From: the human T2T-CHM13v2.0 reference genome, Homo sapiens
DNA: 64,000 nucleotides
Strand: one strand, 5' to 3'
Assembly (NCBI RefSeq): GCF_009914755.1
Contig: NC_060925.1
The notes under the pieces: model-generated
Database searches by the model: none
What the model saw: the letters and a program-made list of their open reading frames with translations, nothing else
Told to the model about the DNA's origin: nothing
Made by a program: the position numbers and the translations under genes
In this document: piece by piece, positions 1 through 16,527 of the stretch
How the letters are laid out: each line of letters begins with the position of its first letter
Numbering within the stretch: the stretch's first letter is position 1

Positions 1-305
<305 letters not shown>

Positions 306-572
306 GAAGCAGGAGCACTGATGTCCGAGGACAGGAGAAGGTGAATGTCCCAGCTCCGAGAGAATGTGCCTTTCCTCCACTCTTCTGTTCGGCTCCTCAA
401 CGGATGGAACGATGCCTGCCCGCGTGGGTGAGGGCGGATCTTCCTTACCTAGTCTGATAGAAATGCTAACCTCTTCCAGACTCACCCTTACAGACACACC
501 TAATAATAATGTTTTACCACTTCTCTTGACATCTCTTCCCAGTCAAGTTGACACATAAGATTAACTTCCACA
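306..572 (-). mobile_element. MLT2-type ERVL LTR
   Basis: CAGTCAAGTTGACACATAAGATTAAC...CACA terminus. Confidence 0.75.
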
Positions 573-1029
573 GTTACTCTGTCCAAGTAAAGGGTTTTGC
601 CAGGGCCCTTGACCTCAAGAGACAGAAGAACCTGAGAGCACACTGGGAGGCCATGTCACAACCCTGTGAAAGGGTGGGGAAGAACTCTCTGTCCATGTCC
701 CTGGATTTCTAGATGTTCAGAGCTGGATGGGCCCATGAGGAGTCTTTGGTCCAACTTCCCAACAAAACAGTCTCGTTCTCGCAGCCTCCCAGGCAGGATT
801 GCTGGGCCTTAATGTCCAGGGAAGCTGATGAGCAGGAGTGTGGGAGCGAAGCCTTCCCTTCTTCCCTTCCTGGTCACAATCAGGAAAGGGAGTTGCTCCT
901 GCTGACCTATAGAATCTCGATTTCAAGATTGACTGATTCTACAACCAAACGAGAAAACGAGAATTCTTACGTAAGTTCAGAGTAACAACTGTATGCAAGA
1001 CTCACTCCCACCTGTGTCCTCCTCGACTC

Positions 1030-1735
1030 ATTCTTCCCCACCTCCTGTGTTTCAGTGCGTAACAAACTGCCATGGACTGGGTGGCTTATAAACAACAGGA
1101 TTTTTTTTTGTTTGTTTTTTGAGACAGGGTCTCATTCTGACACCCAGGTTGGACTGTAATATGATTGATCATAGCTCACCACAACCTCAAACTCCTGGGC
1201 TCAAGTAGTCCTCCTGCTTCAGCCTCCCAAGGAGCTGGGACTCCAAGCACAAGCCACCATACCCAGCTAACTTTTAATTTTTTGTAGAGATGAGGTCTCT
1301 CTATTTTGCCAGACTGGTCTCAAACTTCTGGCCTCAAGTGATTCTCCTGCCTTGCCCTCCCAAAGATTTGGGATTACAGGAGTGAGGTACTACACCTGGC
1401 CCAACAGAAATCTATTTCTCACAGCTCTAAAGGCTGGGAACTCCAAGATCAAGACACCAGCAGGTCTGGTGTCTGGGCTGGTCTGGTGTCTGGTGAGGAC
1501 CCGTTTTCTGTGCTACTGATGGCCATATATGTTCCTTAGCTATAATCTCACATGGTGGAATGGACAAGGGATTGCTCTGTGGCCCCTTTTATAAGGGCAC
1601 TAATTCTCCCTTCAGGGGGCTCCACTCACATGACCTAATCACCTCTCCAAAGCCTCATCTCTTAATACCCTCATCTGGGGGGTTAAGATTTCAACATATG
1701 AATTTGGCAGAGACACGGACATTCCATTTATACCA
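1030..1735 (-). mobile_element. MaLR LTR (MLT1A-like) interrupted by antisense Alu (about 1101-1403)
   Basis: GGGTGGCTTATAAACAACAG...ATTTCAACATATGAATTTGG hallmarks. Confidence 0.75.
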
Positions 1736-2519
1736 GCACCTCTTTATATTAGGTTTCATGCAAGCAAGCCCCGTCTTTCCCCAATATCCCACCCTTCACT
1801 TCTGTCCTGGAAACTTCGGGGACGCCAATCATGTACTCTTTTTTACAGCAATTAGCTTTCTCCATCCGCTGGTGCTGCTCCGCAGTCCTCCGCTCTCCCT
1901 CCTTCCTCTTCTTAACCTGGGGAGGGCAGAGGGATGATTGTCACTAACACCCAGGACCAGCAGAGGGCAGAAGAGAGTAGCAGGAACCTCCAGTGGAGCA
2001 AAATGAGGGACTCTCCTCTCAGTTAAGCAGGTGAGCCAAGGCCAGGCCTCTGGGCTACATATACAGTCCCAGAGGGGAGAGAGCGAGGTCAGGTCTAAGA
2101 CGCGGGGATGCCCCAGCTCAAGATGTGCTGCAGCAGCAGCTGGAGTCGGGCTCCTGAAAAGAGTCGAGCTCAGTGTGGTTAGGAAAAACATTGCAACAGC
2201 AGTTTCAGGCTACTTCCGTTTTCTTTCTTATTTTTATCTTTAGAAGCTCAGTATATTAAAAAAAAAAAAAAAGAAATGACAAAGCAGAGTTACGAAACTC
2301 TGGTGTGTTTTAAATGTTTACATCGAATACACTTCCTTTTACAGAAAACTCAAGATTCCAGTACACTGAGCAATGATATGCTTATTTCTGTGAGCACAAA
2401 AAAGACAGTGATGAAAATACTTGACTAATGAAAAATTTGGAAGTTTGGGTTTTTTTTTTTTTTTGCAAAATGATTTCACTCTGGGACTTTTGATGTTATA
2501 CCATCAGGAGCTTGAGTGA

Positions 2520-3160
<641 letters not shown>

Positions 3161-3184
3161 ATTCCGATGCTTTTTGAAATGGTA

Positions 3185-4118
3185 ACAGAGACTTTATTTA
3201 GCACGATTCCAGCAGGGGTATTGTAATAGAGGAGAGAGAATGGACTCAACCCTGAATGCAACAAGGGAACGTTGGGATTTATGGCTAGGGAACAGGTTGG
3301 GAGTCAGTGGACAGAGATTACTAAGAGGAGATAGTAAAGGTGAAAAAGATTCTGTTAGACTTTAATCAGACTCCTGAACCTGGCCTAACAGAACTTTAGT
3401 CAGGCTCCTGAACCTTCTCCTAGACCCATCTGTGCATTTCCTTATAAAATCCAGCTTTAACAAGAATCCTGCTAAGTCAGTTTAACAAGAATATCCTCAT
3501 CCTTGGTATCTGACTCCTCAATGGCAGATTGGGTTCCTTATTTTTCATTATCCCCCAGGCAATGTTCAATTACCCCGGCCTGCCTTCAGCAAGAGTATGT
3601 TAGGCCAGTTCAACCAGAACCCCCTTACCCCTGATATTTCCTCTTCGTAATTTTTTATCTACTGACCCCCACCCTTCTCTTTGGTTATAAATACCCCCTC
3701 TTCCTTGTTGTATTTGGAGTCCGACCCAACCTCTCTCCCACCGCTAGATCCCACTGCCATGTTACCTACACTTATCACAAGGGTCCAGAACAAAGTCAGC
3801 CCTCCCATCCTTTAATAAGTACCATTGAATAATTTTTCCTTAACAAGGGTAGGGATATTCTTGCTAAAGTGATCTAACAGGATTCTTGCTGAAGACAGGC
3901 CAGGGTGATCAGATATCACCTGGGGGATTGTGAGGGATGAGCAACCCAATCAGATATGAGAATAGTCAGATATCAATGTGGGGAATGACTTAGCAGGATT
4001 CTTGCTAAAACTGGGCTAGGCAGGTTGATGAGAGGATGGGGGCCAAGGACAAGGCCTGGTTGAGGAGAAGATTCCGAGGAGTCTGACTGAAGTTTGGTAG
4101 AGGAGGGAATCTTTGTCA
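3185..4118 (-). mobile_element. MER31/MER67-group ERV1 LTR with a related LTR nested in opposite orientation (3341-3845)
   Basis: Outer element ends ...GAATCTTTGTCA; inner element TGAAAAAGA...TTAACA; they share AACTT(T/C)AGTCAG(G/A)CTCCT motifs. Confidence 0.6.
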
Positions 4119-4359
4119 CAGTTCACTGTAACATTAAAGTCTGGACTTTTTTTTCCTTTTTAACATTCTATCACACTTGGAAATGTCTTGCAACAATATT
4201 GTACTTTGAACAAAATAGTTACAGGACTATGAAAAAGAATCTTAGACATGCTACACTGTAGGCAGCATGGCCTGGACATGGACCTGTGCTTACAGCTGTA
4301 TGGTAGAAAGAACCTGTGTGAAGGTGAGTTTAAGTATCGGAGTGTGAGAGGCCTTCTGA

Positions 4360-4935
<576 letters not shown>

Positions 4936-5659
4936 TACATGTCTACTTTTGATCCTGGGAATAGGCAAGCATCCTCCCTTCCCTCCTCTTTTATGATTGT
5001 TCCCTGTACATCCACCTCCAGCTCCAGGACTCTACCTCTCATCAAGGCTGACCAGAAGCAAGATGATGGAAGCCAAGAGAGCTCCTCTGCATGCTCCACT
5101 GTCTAAGCTCTGCTCTGTATCTGCCGTGATTCTTCTTCCAAACAGAAAACACCGTCTTTCTTTTTGACTACATCTGTCCTCAGAGATGGTGCTGATGGAT
5201 CCATTTATAATTTATGTGAATTTAAACCTTTGCAATTTTTACATGGAATAAAAGGACCTATTTTCTGGAAAGAAAATGCTGAACAAGAGCTGAGAACCTG
5301 GGGCAATCTAAGGCAGGGGTTCCTCCCTAACACCCCTGCTGTCAGAAGCCAGCTGGTTGGCCATAGATCACTTCACCTAACACCCAGTGCCCAGTCACAT
5401 TTGCCCCCAAATTGTACAACTCAAGCTTAACTTTCACATATTTTAAGATAGTGTCAGCCCCTTTTGCAATATGTAGATGATACTTTTTGTTTGTCATTTA
5501 CCATTTCAAAAAAATTAAAGCATATTGAATATCTAACTTAAAGCATATTGAATATCTAGCTTGCTTTCCTCTCAGGTTACTAATAAGAATTGCATTTTTT
5601 AATGCTTAATCACATATTAAGCTTTCCATTTGGGAGTTTTGCTCTTTTGTTCTTTAAAT

Positions 5660-6500
5660 GGTGTCTCAGTCCATTTGGGCTGCTATAACAAGGTCCACAG
5701 ACTGGGTAGCTTATCAACAACAGAAATTTATTTGTCACAGTTCTGGAGGCTGGAAAACCAAGATCAGAGCTCCAGCATGGTCAGGCTCTGGTGAGGGCTG
5801 TCTTCCAAGTTGCAGACTGCCAACTTTTTGTTGTATCCTCACATGGCAGAAAGAGGCAAGAGAGCTCTCTGGCCTCTTCCTATAAGGACACTAATACCAT
5901 TCAAGAGGGCTCCATTCTTGTGAGCTAATTACTTCCCAAAGTTCTCACCTCCTAATACCATCACACTGGGGATTTCAACACATGAATTTTAGTGGGGCAC
6001 AGTCAGTCCACTATAAATGAATATTACCAATATTTCCATTTGCCTTCTTGCATGGCCTGCAGGAGGTCAGTGTTTTTTCTCCTCTAATGATATTGAGCTG
6101 CGGTTGGGCCCATAATGGTGAAAAGACCCGATGAAGGCCATCTCGTCCATTCAGGCTACTCTAATAAAATACCATGAACTGGGGGTGCTGATAAACAATA
6201 GAAATGGATTTCCCACAGTTGTGGAGGCTGGAAGTTCAAGATCAAGGCACAAATAGACTCAGTGCCTGGTGGGAACCCATTTCTTAATTCACAGATGGTG
6301 TTTTCTTGCTGTGTTTCTATACCCTAATGGAAGGGGCAAGGCAGCTCTTGGAGGTCTCTTTTATAGGCACTAACGCCATTTATGAAGGCTGCACACTTAT
6401 GACCCAATCACCTTCCAAAGTTCCCACCTCCAAATATCATCACCTTGGTGACTAGATTTTAACATGAATTTAGAGGGGACACAAATATTTAGACCACAGC
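5660..6500 (-). mobile_element. Two MaLR LTRs (about 5660-6015 and 6140-6500)
   Basis: CAGTTCTGGAGGCTGGAA...AAGATCA and CCCACCTCC(T/A)AATA hallmarks. Confidence 0.75.
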
Positions 6501-6792
6501 AGGTCTGTTAGCTTCACAATAGTCATGGTTCTGGCTTTCAATTCACACATATTATGGGGTCATAAAATATGTATCACCACATAAATAAATTCCCTAATCT
6601 TAAATCACTATCATATGTAATATTGTATGATGTGTTATTTGAAATAATGAAGCAAAAAGAAGACACAATAACTTAAATGCGAAAATACAGAAATTTAGAA
6701 AAAAGAAAAGTCTAATCTATTGTTTTACTACACAACTAGAATTGTCCCCACTTCGGGGAATTTGCTTCTAGCTTTTCAAAAGCTTATATGTC

Positions 6793-7272
<480 letters not shown>

Positions 7273-7777
7273 AATAATTCTTTCTTTTAAGTGTTCCTAC
7301 TATTTATTGTTTTTAATTATTCAAAATCTTATTTTTATTTGTACATGCACAGGGCCTAAAAATTAAAATGCTATAAATGGAACACAATGAAAAACAATTT
7401 TTTTAAAAAAATTCAGATCTCTAGTTTCCCAATTTCTCAGTTCCTCTCTCCAGAGGCAAACACTGTTACCCAAATTCTTATAAATCCTTCCAGAAAGATG
7501 GCTATGTTACTAAATACCCCTTTCCTTGTATTTGCACAAATAAAAGCACCTAAAAACTGAATTTTGGACACACAGACATATGCTCGATTTTTTTTTGTAT
7601 GTAGAACGAAATAACTTTTTCTCATGCTTTTTCAAAACCAAGTATTTTTTGGTTCTGTCAAAATTGATTTATACACTCTCCTAAAAACCCATGTGACTGA
7701 AAGTACCAGCGCATGAGACAAGGAGGCTAATCAAGATATAAATGAACATATTGCTCTGTACTTTGAGACAGTCTAGA

Positions 7778-8080
7778 GCCTGGCGCAGTGGCTCACGCCT
7801 ATAATGCCAGCACTTTGGGGGGCCCAGGTGAGAGGATCACTAGATCCCAGGAGTTTGAGACCAGGGCAACATAGTGAAACCCCATCTCTACAAAAAAATT
7901 AGCTGGGTGTGGTGGCGTGTACCTGTAGTCCCAGCTACTCAGGGGGCTGAGGTGGGAGAATTGCTTGAGCCTCGGAGGTCGAGGTTGCAGCGAGCTGTGA
8001 TGTTGCAGCGAGCTGTGATCATGCCGCTACACTCCAGCCTGGGCGACAGAGTGAGACCCTGTCTCAAAAAAAAAAAAAAA
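7778..8080 (+). mobile_element. Alu with a short internal duplication (GTTGCAGCGAGCTGTGAT twice)
   Basis: Alu consensus and poly(A). Confidence 0.92.
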
Positions 8081-8081
8081 T

Positions 8082-8096
8082 AGGAAGGAAGGAAGG

Positions 8097-8159
<63 letters not shown>

Positions 8160-8163
8160 GAGA
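8082..8163. repeat. (GGAA)n/(GAAA)n microsatellite after an Alu tail
   Basis: Visible tetranucleotide run. Confidence 0.95.
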
Positions 8164-8561
8164 GTCTTGTAATGTGCTTAGTAATGTAGTTGTTAGAGAT
8201 GCTGGCACGAGTTCTCATCTTGTCACAAACAGGTTAAAAAGCAGTTCCCAGGCTGGCCCTTGCCTGGGAACCACACCAGATAGCAGATTGTCCCAGTTTT
8301 GAGATATCACATACAGTATTTCAATGAACATCTTTGTATACATACATATTTTCTGTATTAATTACAAATATATCTGTAGGATAAATTCTTAGACATAGAA
8401 ACACTAGTTCAGTGGATACATTTATTAACAATACTGATGGCTCTTGGTCAAATGGAGAAAATAGTCATGGCAGCATACATTACATTCTGAATGTACAATG
8501 CTGCAAAATTTCCTCATCTTGCCAACATTGTGTTTTACCAAATCTCTTTTTAATTAATTAA

Positions 8562-9275
<714 letters not shown>

Positions 9276-9597
9276 GAACTGCGTGTTTTAGTCATTTGCC
9301 CATTTTGCTTTCTAACAGAATATTAATCTTTATTGAGTTGACCTGTACAAATCCTTTTAGACATATGTAACTGGCCATTGAACTGATCTGTACAAACCTT
9401 TTAGATATATATAATACTGGCCTGTTGCTGCTAATAACATACTTCCAATTGGACTTTTTATTGCCTTGAAAAATGCCTAATTTTACGTAGGTACCAGTAT
9501 CTTATGGATTCTGCATTTCATATCTTAATTTAACAGGCATTTACCAATCCGATATTATGAATATAATCTTCCATTGCTTACTCCCACCAACAGTACA

Positions 9598-10048
9598 CAG
9601 TTTATTCTTAACAGTGTAGAGGTTAAGGGCATCGACAGCCCCAAACACACACACAGAGGGGAAAAGCTACATGTAAATTCCAACTCCCCCAAAACTTTAC
9701 TAATACCTTATGGTTGACAGGAAGACTTACCAATAACACAAGCAGCTGATTAACACATATTTTCAATGTCATACATATTATATACTATATTCTTACAATA
9801 AAGTAAGCTAGAGACTAGAAAATGTTATTAAGAAAATCATAAGGAAGATAAAATACATTTATTATTCATTAAATGGAAGTAGGTTGATCATCATAAAGGT
9901 CTTTATTCTCATCATCTTCACACTGAGTAAGCTGAGCAAGAGGAGGAGAGGTTGGTCTTGCTATCTCAGGAATGGCAGAGGCAGAAGAAAATCCACATAT
10001 AAGTGCACCTGCACAGTTCAAATCCATGTTGTTCAAGGGTCCACCGTA
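9598..10048. mobile_element. Tigger2a/MER28-like DNA transposon
   Basis: Terminal GTTCAAATCCATGTTGTTCAAGGGTCCACCG resembles the Tigger2 TIR; internal AATAAAGTAAGCTAGAGA. Confidence 0.7.
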
Positions 10049-10102
10049 GGTACTAAATTGTTCACTCTATATGACAACAAATTTTATGGAGTGGAAGAAA
10101 TT

Positions 10103-10570
10103 ACTCTACCTATAGTGTGTGCAGAGGGAGATGAGATTAAGATACTACCTGTTGTATGAGCAGAGGGAGATGAGATTAAGATACTATCTGTAGTATGAGC
10201 AGAGGGAGATGAGATTAAGATACTACCTATAGTGTGTGCAGAGGGAGATGAGATTAAGATACTACCTGTAGTATGAGCAGAGGGAGATGAGATTAAGATA
10301 CTACCTGTAGGGTGTGCAGAGGGAGATGAGATTAAGATACTACCTGTAGTATGTGCAGAGGGAGATGAGATTAAGATACTACCTGTAGTATGTGCAGAGG
10401 GAGATGAGATTAAGATACTACCTATAGTGTGAGCAGAGGGAGATGAGATTAAGATATTACCTGTAGTATGAACAGAGGGAGATGAGATTAAGATATTACC
10501 TATAGAGTGTGCAGAGGGAGATGAGATTAAGATACTACCTGTAGTGTGTGCAGAGGGAGATGAAATTAAG
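10103..10570. repeat. 39-bp minisatellite, about 12 copies
   Basis: Unit GCAGAGGGAGATGAGATTAAGATACTACCTGTAGTATGA; produces the 13-aa periodic ORF. Confidence 0.95.
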
Positions 10571-10609
10571 AAGCCAGCGTAGGTACAAAAGGGATTAAAA
10601 TTCAACCTG

Positions 10610-10930
10610 CCTGGCTTTGCCTGGTGGCTCACACCTGTAAGCCTAGCACTTTGGGGTGCCAAAATGGATGAATCTCTTGATTCGAGGAGTTTAAGACCAG
10701 ATTGGGCAACATGGCGAAACCGTCTCTACAAAACAAACAAAGAAACAAACAAGCAAACAAAAAAAAACACACAAAAATTTAGCCGGGTGTGGTGGCGCAT
10801 GCTTGTAGTCCCAGCTACTCTGGAGGCTGAGGTGGGAGGATCACCTAATCTGGGAGGTCAAGGCTCCAGTGAGCTGTGATTGCACCACTGCACTCCAACC
10901 TGGGTAACAGCGAGACTCAAAAAAAAAAAA
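10610..10930 (+). mobile_element. Alu (old subfamily)
   Basis: Alu consensus. Confidence 0.9.
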
Positions 10931-11381
10931 TAAAAGTCGACCTGCCTGACCATAGGACATCAGCAGACAGAGGCCAATTGCTAAAGAAGGTTAATAGCTT
11001 CCTCTCCAGAGAACCTGGGTGTATCCAGAGAAAATACCTCCTTATCCTGACATTTGGAGCATCCCCAATAAAATGGATAGTTTCATGCCCAGCTCTGAAA
11101 GAGAAGCTCCCCACTTCAGGTTGTAAGCTTCATCTATGTTCTCAGAGCTTTAATCCGTTATTTTAGTGCCTCACTGTTAAATTAACAGGTAAGGATCTAG
11201 AGATATTTAAGGAAAATGTGCAAGAGACGAGAAAATAAAGGTGAGAAAACATAATGCAATGGACAAATGAAACCAAAAGAAAAAAGCTAACAGTATACTT
11301 AAAGAGATAGATAAGCAACAGCAGGATTCTATAAAGTAAGAGTAGTCTGAAAACTAGAACTCTTGGAAGTTGAAATTATGA

Positions 11382-11797
<416 letters not shown>

Positions 11798-12159
11798 AAG
11801 GCAGGGAGATTTTTAAAAGTCAATTATTAGGATTTAAAGGAAGAGAGGGAGGAGAAAACAGAGGAGAGGAAATTATCAAAGAAATCATGGGGAAGACTTT
11901 CTTAGAACTGGTGATATCTGATCTCAGATTGAAATGCCTCCTTAAGTGTCAGTACATAAAAGAAACACGTGGCTCTGAAATTCTAGAACCAAGGAAGAAA
12001 TGACCGTGTAAGCATCCAGAGAAGAGAAGAAAACTAACAAAGAAAAAACATCACCAAAAACAACAAGAATAGGAATGGCATTGTGTTTCTCAAAAGCGAC
12101 ATTAGGTGCCAGAAGAAAAAGGAGCAACGCTTTCAAAATTTTAAGAAAAAAGTATTGTT

Positions 12160-12316
<157 letters not shown>

Positions 12317-13329
12317 TCAACCTAAATTTTTCAACCTAGATAAACTATTATCAAGTGTGAGAACAAAGCATCAACACTGGCCAGCCTGAAGGGCTCAGAA
12401 CATTTGCCTGATGATGCCTTTTTCAGGAAGCTCGTGGGAGATGTGCTTCAGCAAGACAAGAGAGCAAATGAAGAAAGACAAAGGTACAGAGTCCAGGAAA
12501 TCTTGGCTCCAACTAAGGCGAGGGGCAAGGAGAAGCTTCAGAAGAGTGACCTCTAGAGGAACCAGTGCAGAATGTGTGGGGGGATTGAGTGCCCCGAGGG
12601 TGGTCTGGAGGGAGACCCTCATAGAATTGATGGCTTGATAGACTGTGTCATGGTGTATCCAGACATAACAAGAAAATGCAGGCAATTATGAAAAAGAAGG
12701 ATTTATTAACTCATGAAAAAATAAGACAGTGGGAGAAAAAAATCTTAGTTCAATACTTGGCTTTGCACTGAGGAACATTAACGTGATAAATTTGTAAACA
12801 TTGAATGGTTTAATGTAAAATCGTAATTATGTTGGGGAAATGGGTGGAAGGGAGTTGAAGGGTAGGTGTAAAATAACTGCATCTGCAATGGTCTTATCAG
12901 TTAGTAAATGATGTCTAAAATGGAAAAATCAAGAAATAGCAGTATAAGCCAATTTAAGTGTAAAGGGATAAGCAGCAACCCCTCCCACTGCTGCTGAATG
13001 TGCTAAAAGCAGGTGCTTCTGAGCGTGGGATGGGGTGGAGGGGGCAGGTGTTTGTTTAGGATTTTCAGTTGGCTGCATATGACAAAAAAGCACACAGTAC
13101 AGTGACTTATGCAAGGCTATTGTTGTTCGCTGTCGAGAGAAAGGGCATCAGCTCATGAGGTCACCGCAGTTCCAGACTCTCGCTGTTCTTGCGCAGTCGT
13201 TGATAGTGTGTGGCTTTTGTCCTCATAGGTTCACGATGCCTTTTGTACCCCCAGGTTCTGCAGTAGATGAGGAAGGACAAAGTCTACAAGGTACATTCCA
13301 AGGAAGTCTTCCTCTTTTATAGGACCTTT

Positions 13330-13690
13330 AAAACTAATAGTTTTATTGATATGAGTCACTCTTCATTTCCTCCCAAATCCCCAGCCCTAGGCAAGCATTA
13401 ACATCCTTTTTCTCTGTAAGATTTGTCTTTCATGGACATTTAATATAAATGGGACCTTACAGTATGTGGTCTTTTGCAAGCACCTTCTTTCATGTCATAT
13501 GTGTTTAAGGCTCATCCATGTAATTGGATATATGAGTAATTGTTTACTGTTTATTGCCAAGTAATATGCCACTGTATGGATATGCCACACAATGAATATG
13601 CCGCATTTTATGTATCCCTTTGGATGTTTGGATGGTTTCCACTTTTTTGCTTTTATGAATAATGCTGATGTTAGCATCCGTGTGGAAGTT
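13330..13690 (-). mobile_element. Old L1M 3' fragment
   Basis: TTTATTGCCAAGTAATAT...TTCCACTTTTTTGCTTTTATGAATAATGCTG. Confidence 0.7.
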
Positions 13691-14625
13691 CCTGGCATGG
13701 AAGCTCCACCCAGGGGCTGGGGCAAAAGGCCCTTGGGGTTTGAATGTTCTCAGCTTGCCATGCTTAGGGCAAAGCCAGGAATTTACCCTCTGTAACTCAG
13801 AGTTGGAGGGGATGAGGAATACTGGCAGCTTCTGATGAGATGGAGAGGTGAAGGTAGAGGGGCCCCAACTTCTTGGCCACACTCACCCAGAGTGGAGCTT
13901 CCGTCATGCTGAGAAGAGTGGGCGGGGTCAGGTTCAAGGGTAAGACTCTCACAGTTCTTACAGAGGAATTTCGTAGATTTTACGCAATAATGATTTCTTC
14001 ATTTGTTGCCTGCCGTTTCGACAATTTTCAGGTAAATTAAATGGTTGTTATTTTTACAATTATCATGAGTTAGGATTTTTTTTTTCTTGGAATGGGTACA
14101 CTGAGCTCCTCACACTGCCTTTCTGGAAGTGGAACTCTGTCAGAGGTTCCTTAAAAAAGTGACTCAATGGCTTCTGCCAGTATCTCTCTGGCCAGCTTTA
14201 TGACAGATGGCCACTCCTGTCTGCAAAGAAGGCTTGGATATGAGCAGTTTAATTAGACACATAAGCACCCCAAGTAGGGATAGTGGAAAATGGAGTTTAA
14301 CTAGCATATTGCCCACAGAAAGGCTGAGTGCTTAGCGGTTTTTAAAAAGCATGTGCATCCATTAGTTTGATAAAAGTTAATTGTAAAATGTGAAAAAAAA
14401 ATCAGTGCCCACCAACATCATTTTTCAATATCTTCTCCTTTGATTACATAATTGGCTTAAGCTTATACTCTAACGGGGTTGTTTTTTTATTTTTCTTTTC
14501 CAAAAAGTAGTCATGAGAATGGTATTTTAAAAGTTCTTATCTGTTTTAAAAATAGCTTTATCATGAGCTTTGGCTTGAATGAATGTTGACTGCATGTTTA
14601 AGTCAAACTTTGCTTTAAGATTTCA

Positions 14626-14982
<357 letters not shown>

Positions 14983-15099
14983 TTATAGATGCCTTGATTT
15001 GCCGATTTTTGCCCACAGAATTATTTCTCAGTCTTTGAAATATATTCCCAAATGTGGCACATCCTGAATCAGTTCTTGAATCACATTGTGACTTTTAAT

Positions 15100-16182
15100 T
15101 TATTTTTAATTTTATTTAAACTAAAAAAAATCTATTTAGTGGGTACAAGTGCAGGTTTCTGAAAAGCATGTGTCGTGTAGTGGGGAAGTCGGGGTTCTTA
15201 GTGCACCTGTCACCCAATAGTGAACCTCGTACCCAACAGGTAATTCTTCAACCTCCACCTCCCCACCCTTCTACTTTTTGTGTCTCAATATCTATTCCTC
15301 CACTCTGCGTGTCCTTGTGTACACATGGTTTAGCCTCCACTTATACGTGGGAACACGCAGTATTTGACTTTCTGTTTCTAAGTTATTTCAGTCAGGATAA
15401 TGCCCATCAGTTCCATCCATGTTGCTGCAAAAGACATGATTTCATTCTTTTTTATGACATTGTGCCATTTTATTTGGTAGACTGAAGCATACCTTAATTT
15501 AAGGAAGGTTTTTTGTCTTCTGCTTTGTTTGTTTGCTTGTTTTTTGAGACAGGGTCTCACTCTTGTTGCCCAGGGTGCAGTGGAGGTTGCTCACTGCAGC
15601 CTTGACCTCCTGAACTCAAAGGATCCTCCTGCCTCAAGCTCCCGAGTAGCTGGGACTATAGGCATGTGCCACCACACTTGGCTAAATGTAATTTTTTGTA
15701 GAGATGGGGTCTCACTATGTTGCCCAGGCTAGTCTTGAACTCCTGGGCTCAAGTGATCCGTCTGCCTTGGCTTCTCGAAATGTTGGGATTACAGGTGTGA
15801 GCCACTGTGTGTGGCTGGAGAGTTTTTTTCAAGTTCTTGACATTTATTCTCTTGCATTTATTCTTGTCTTTTTTGTTTGTTTGTTTTTTGAGACTGAGTC
15901 TCGCTCTGTCACTGAGGCTGGAGTCCAATGGTGCGATCTCAGCTCACTGCAAGCTCTGCCTCCTGTGTTCAAGTGCTTCTCCTGCCTCAAGCCTCCTGAG
16001 TAGCTGGGACCACATGCACATTCCACCATGCCTGGCTAACTTTTGTATTTTCAGTAGAGACGGGGGTTTTGCCATGTTGGCCAGGCCATGTTTGCCATGT
16101 TGCCACTCCTGGCCTGAAGTGATCTGCCTGCCTTGGCCTCCTAAAGTGCTAGGATTACGGGTATCAGCCACCGCGCCTGGCC
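15100..16182 (-). mobile_element. L1MA 3' end (about 15100-15480) followed by two Alus (about 15530-15815 and 15870-16182)
   Basis: TTCCATCCATGTTGCTGCAAAAGACATGATTTCATTCTTTTTTATG; Alu consensus. Confidence 0.85.
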
Positions 16183-16527
16183 TATTCTTGTCTTTGACTT
16201 ATACATCTTTAATTTGGCTTTAAAATGCTCTTAAACATTTTGTCCTTTGCTCTCTCTTTTGCTCTGTTTCTCAATCATGTTCTCCACCACACTGAATGAT
16301 GACGGAGTGGAGTCTGTTTTTCTTTTGTGCTGCTTTTATTGTGATCTTCATTTCTGGAGACTCTCTCCCTTTCTTTTTATCTGAGTTTGTCGCTCCATCA
16401 TTTCATCTCCTTTGCATCAGGTTGCCTGTGTCGTCCAACCCTTATGTTTCTTTTTCAGACCCTTACATGTGATAGACAAGACATTCTGTAAATTCTTTCA
16501 TCTCACAGAGAACTAGTTCTTCCCAAT

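Noticed and set aside
10084-10662. 192-aa mucin-like Ser/Thr/Pro ORF
   Set aside because: Starts in an Alu and runs through the 39-bp VNTR; no signal peptide or gene structure
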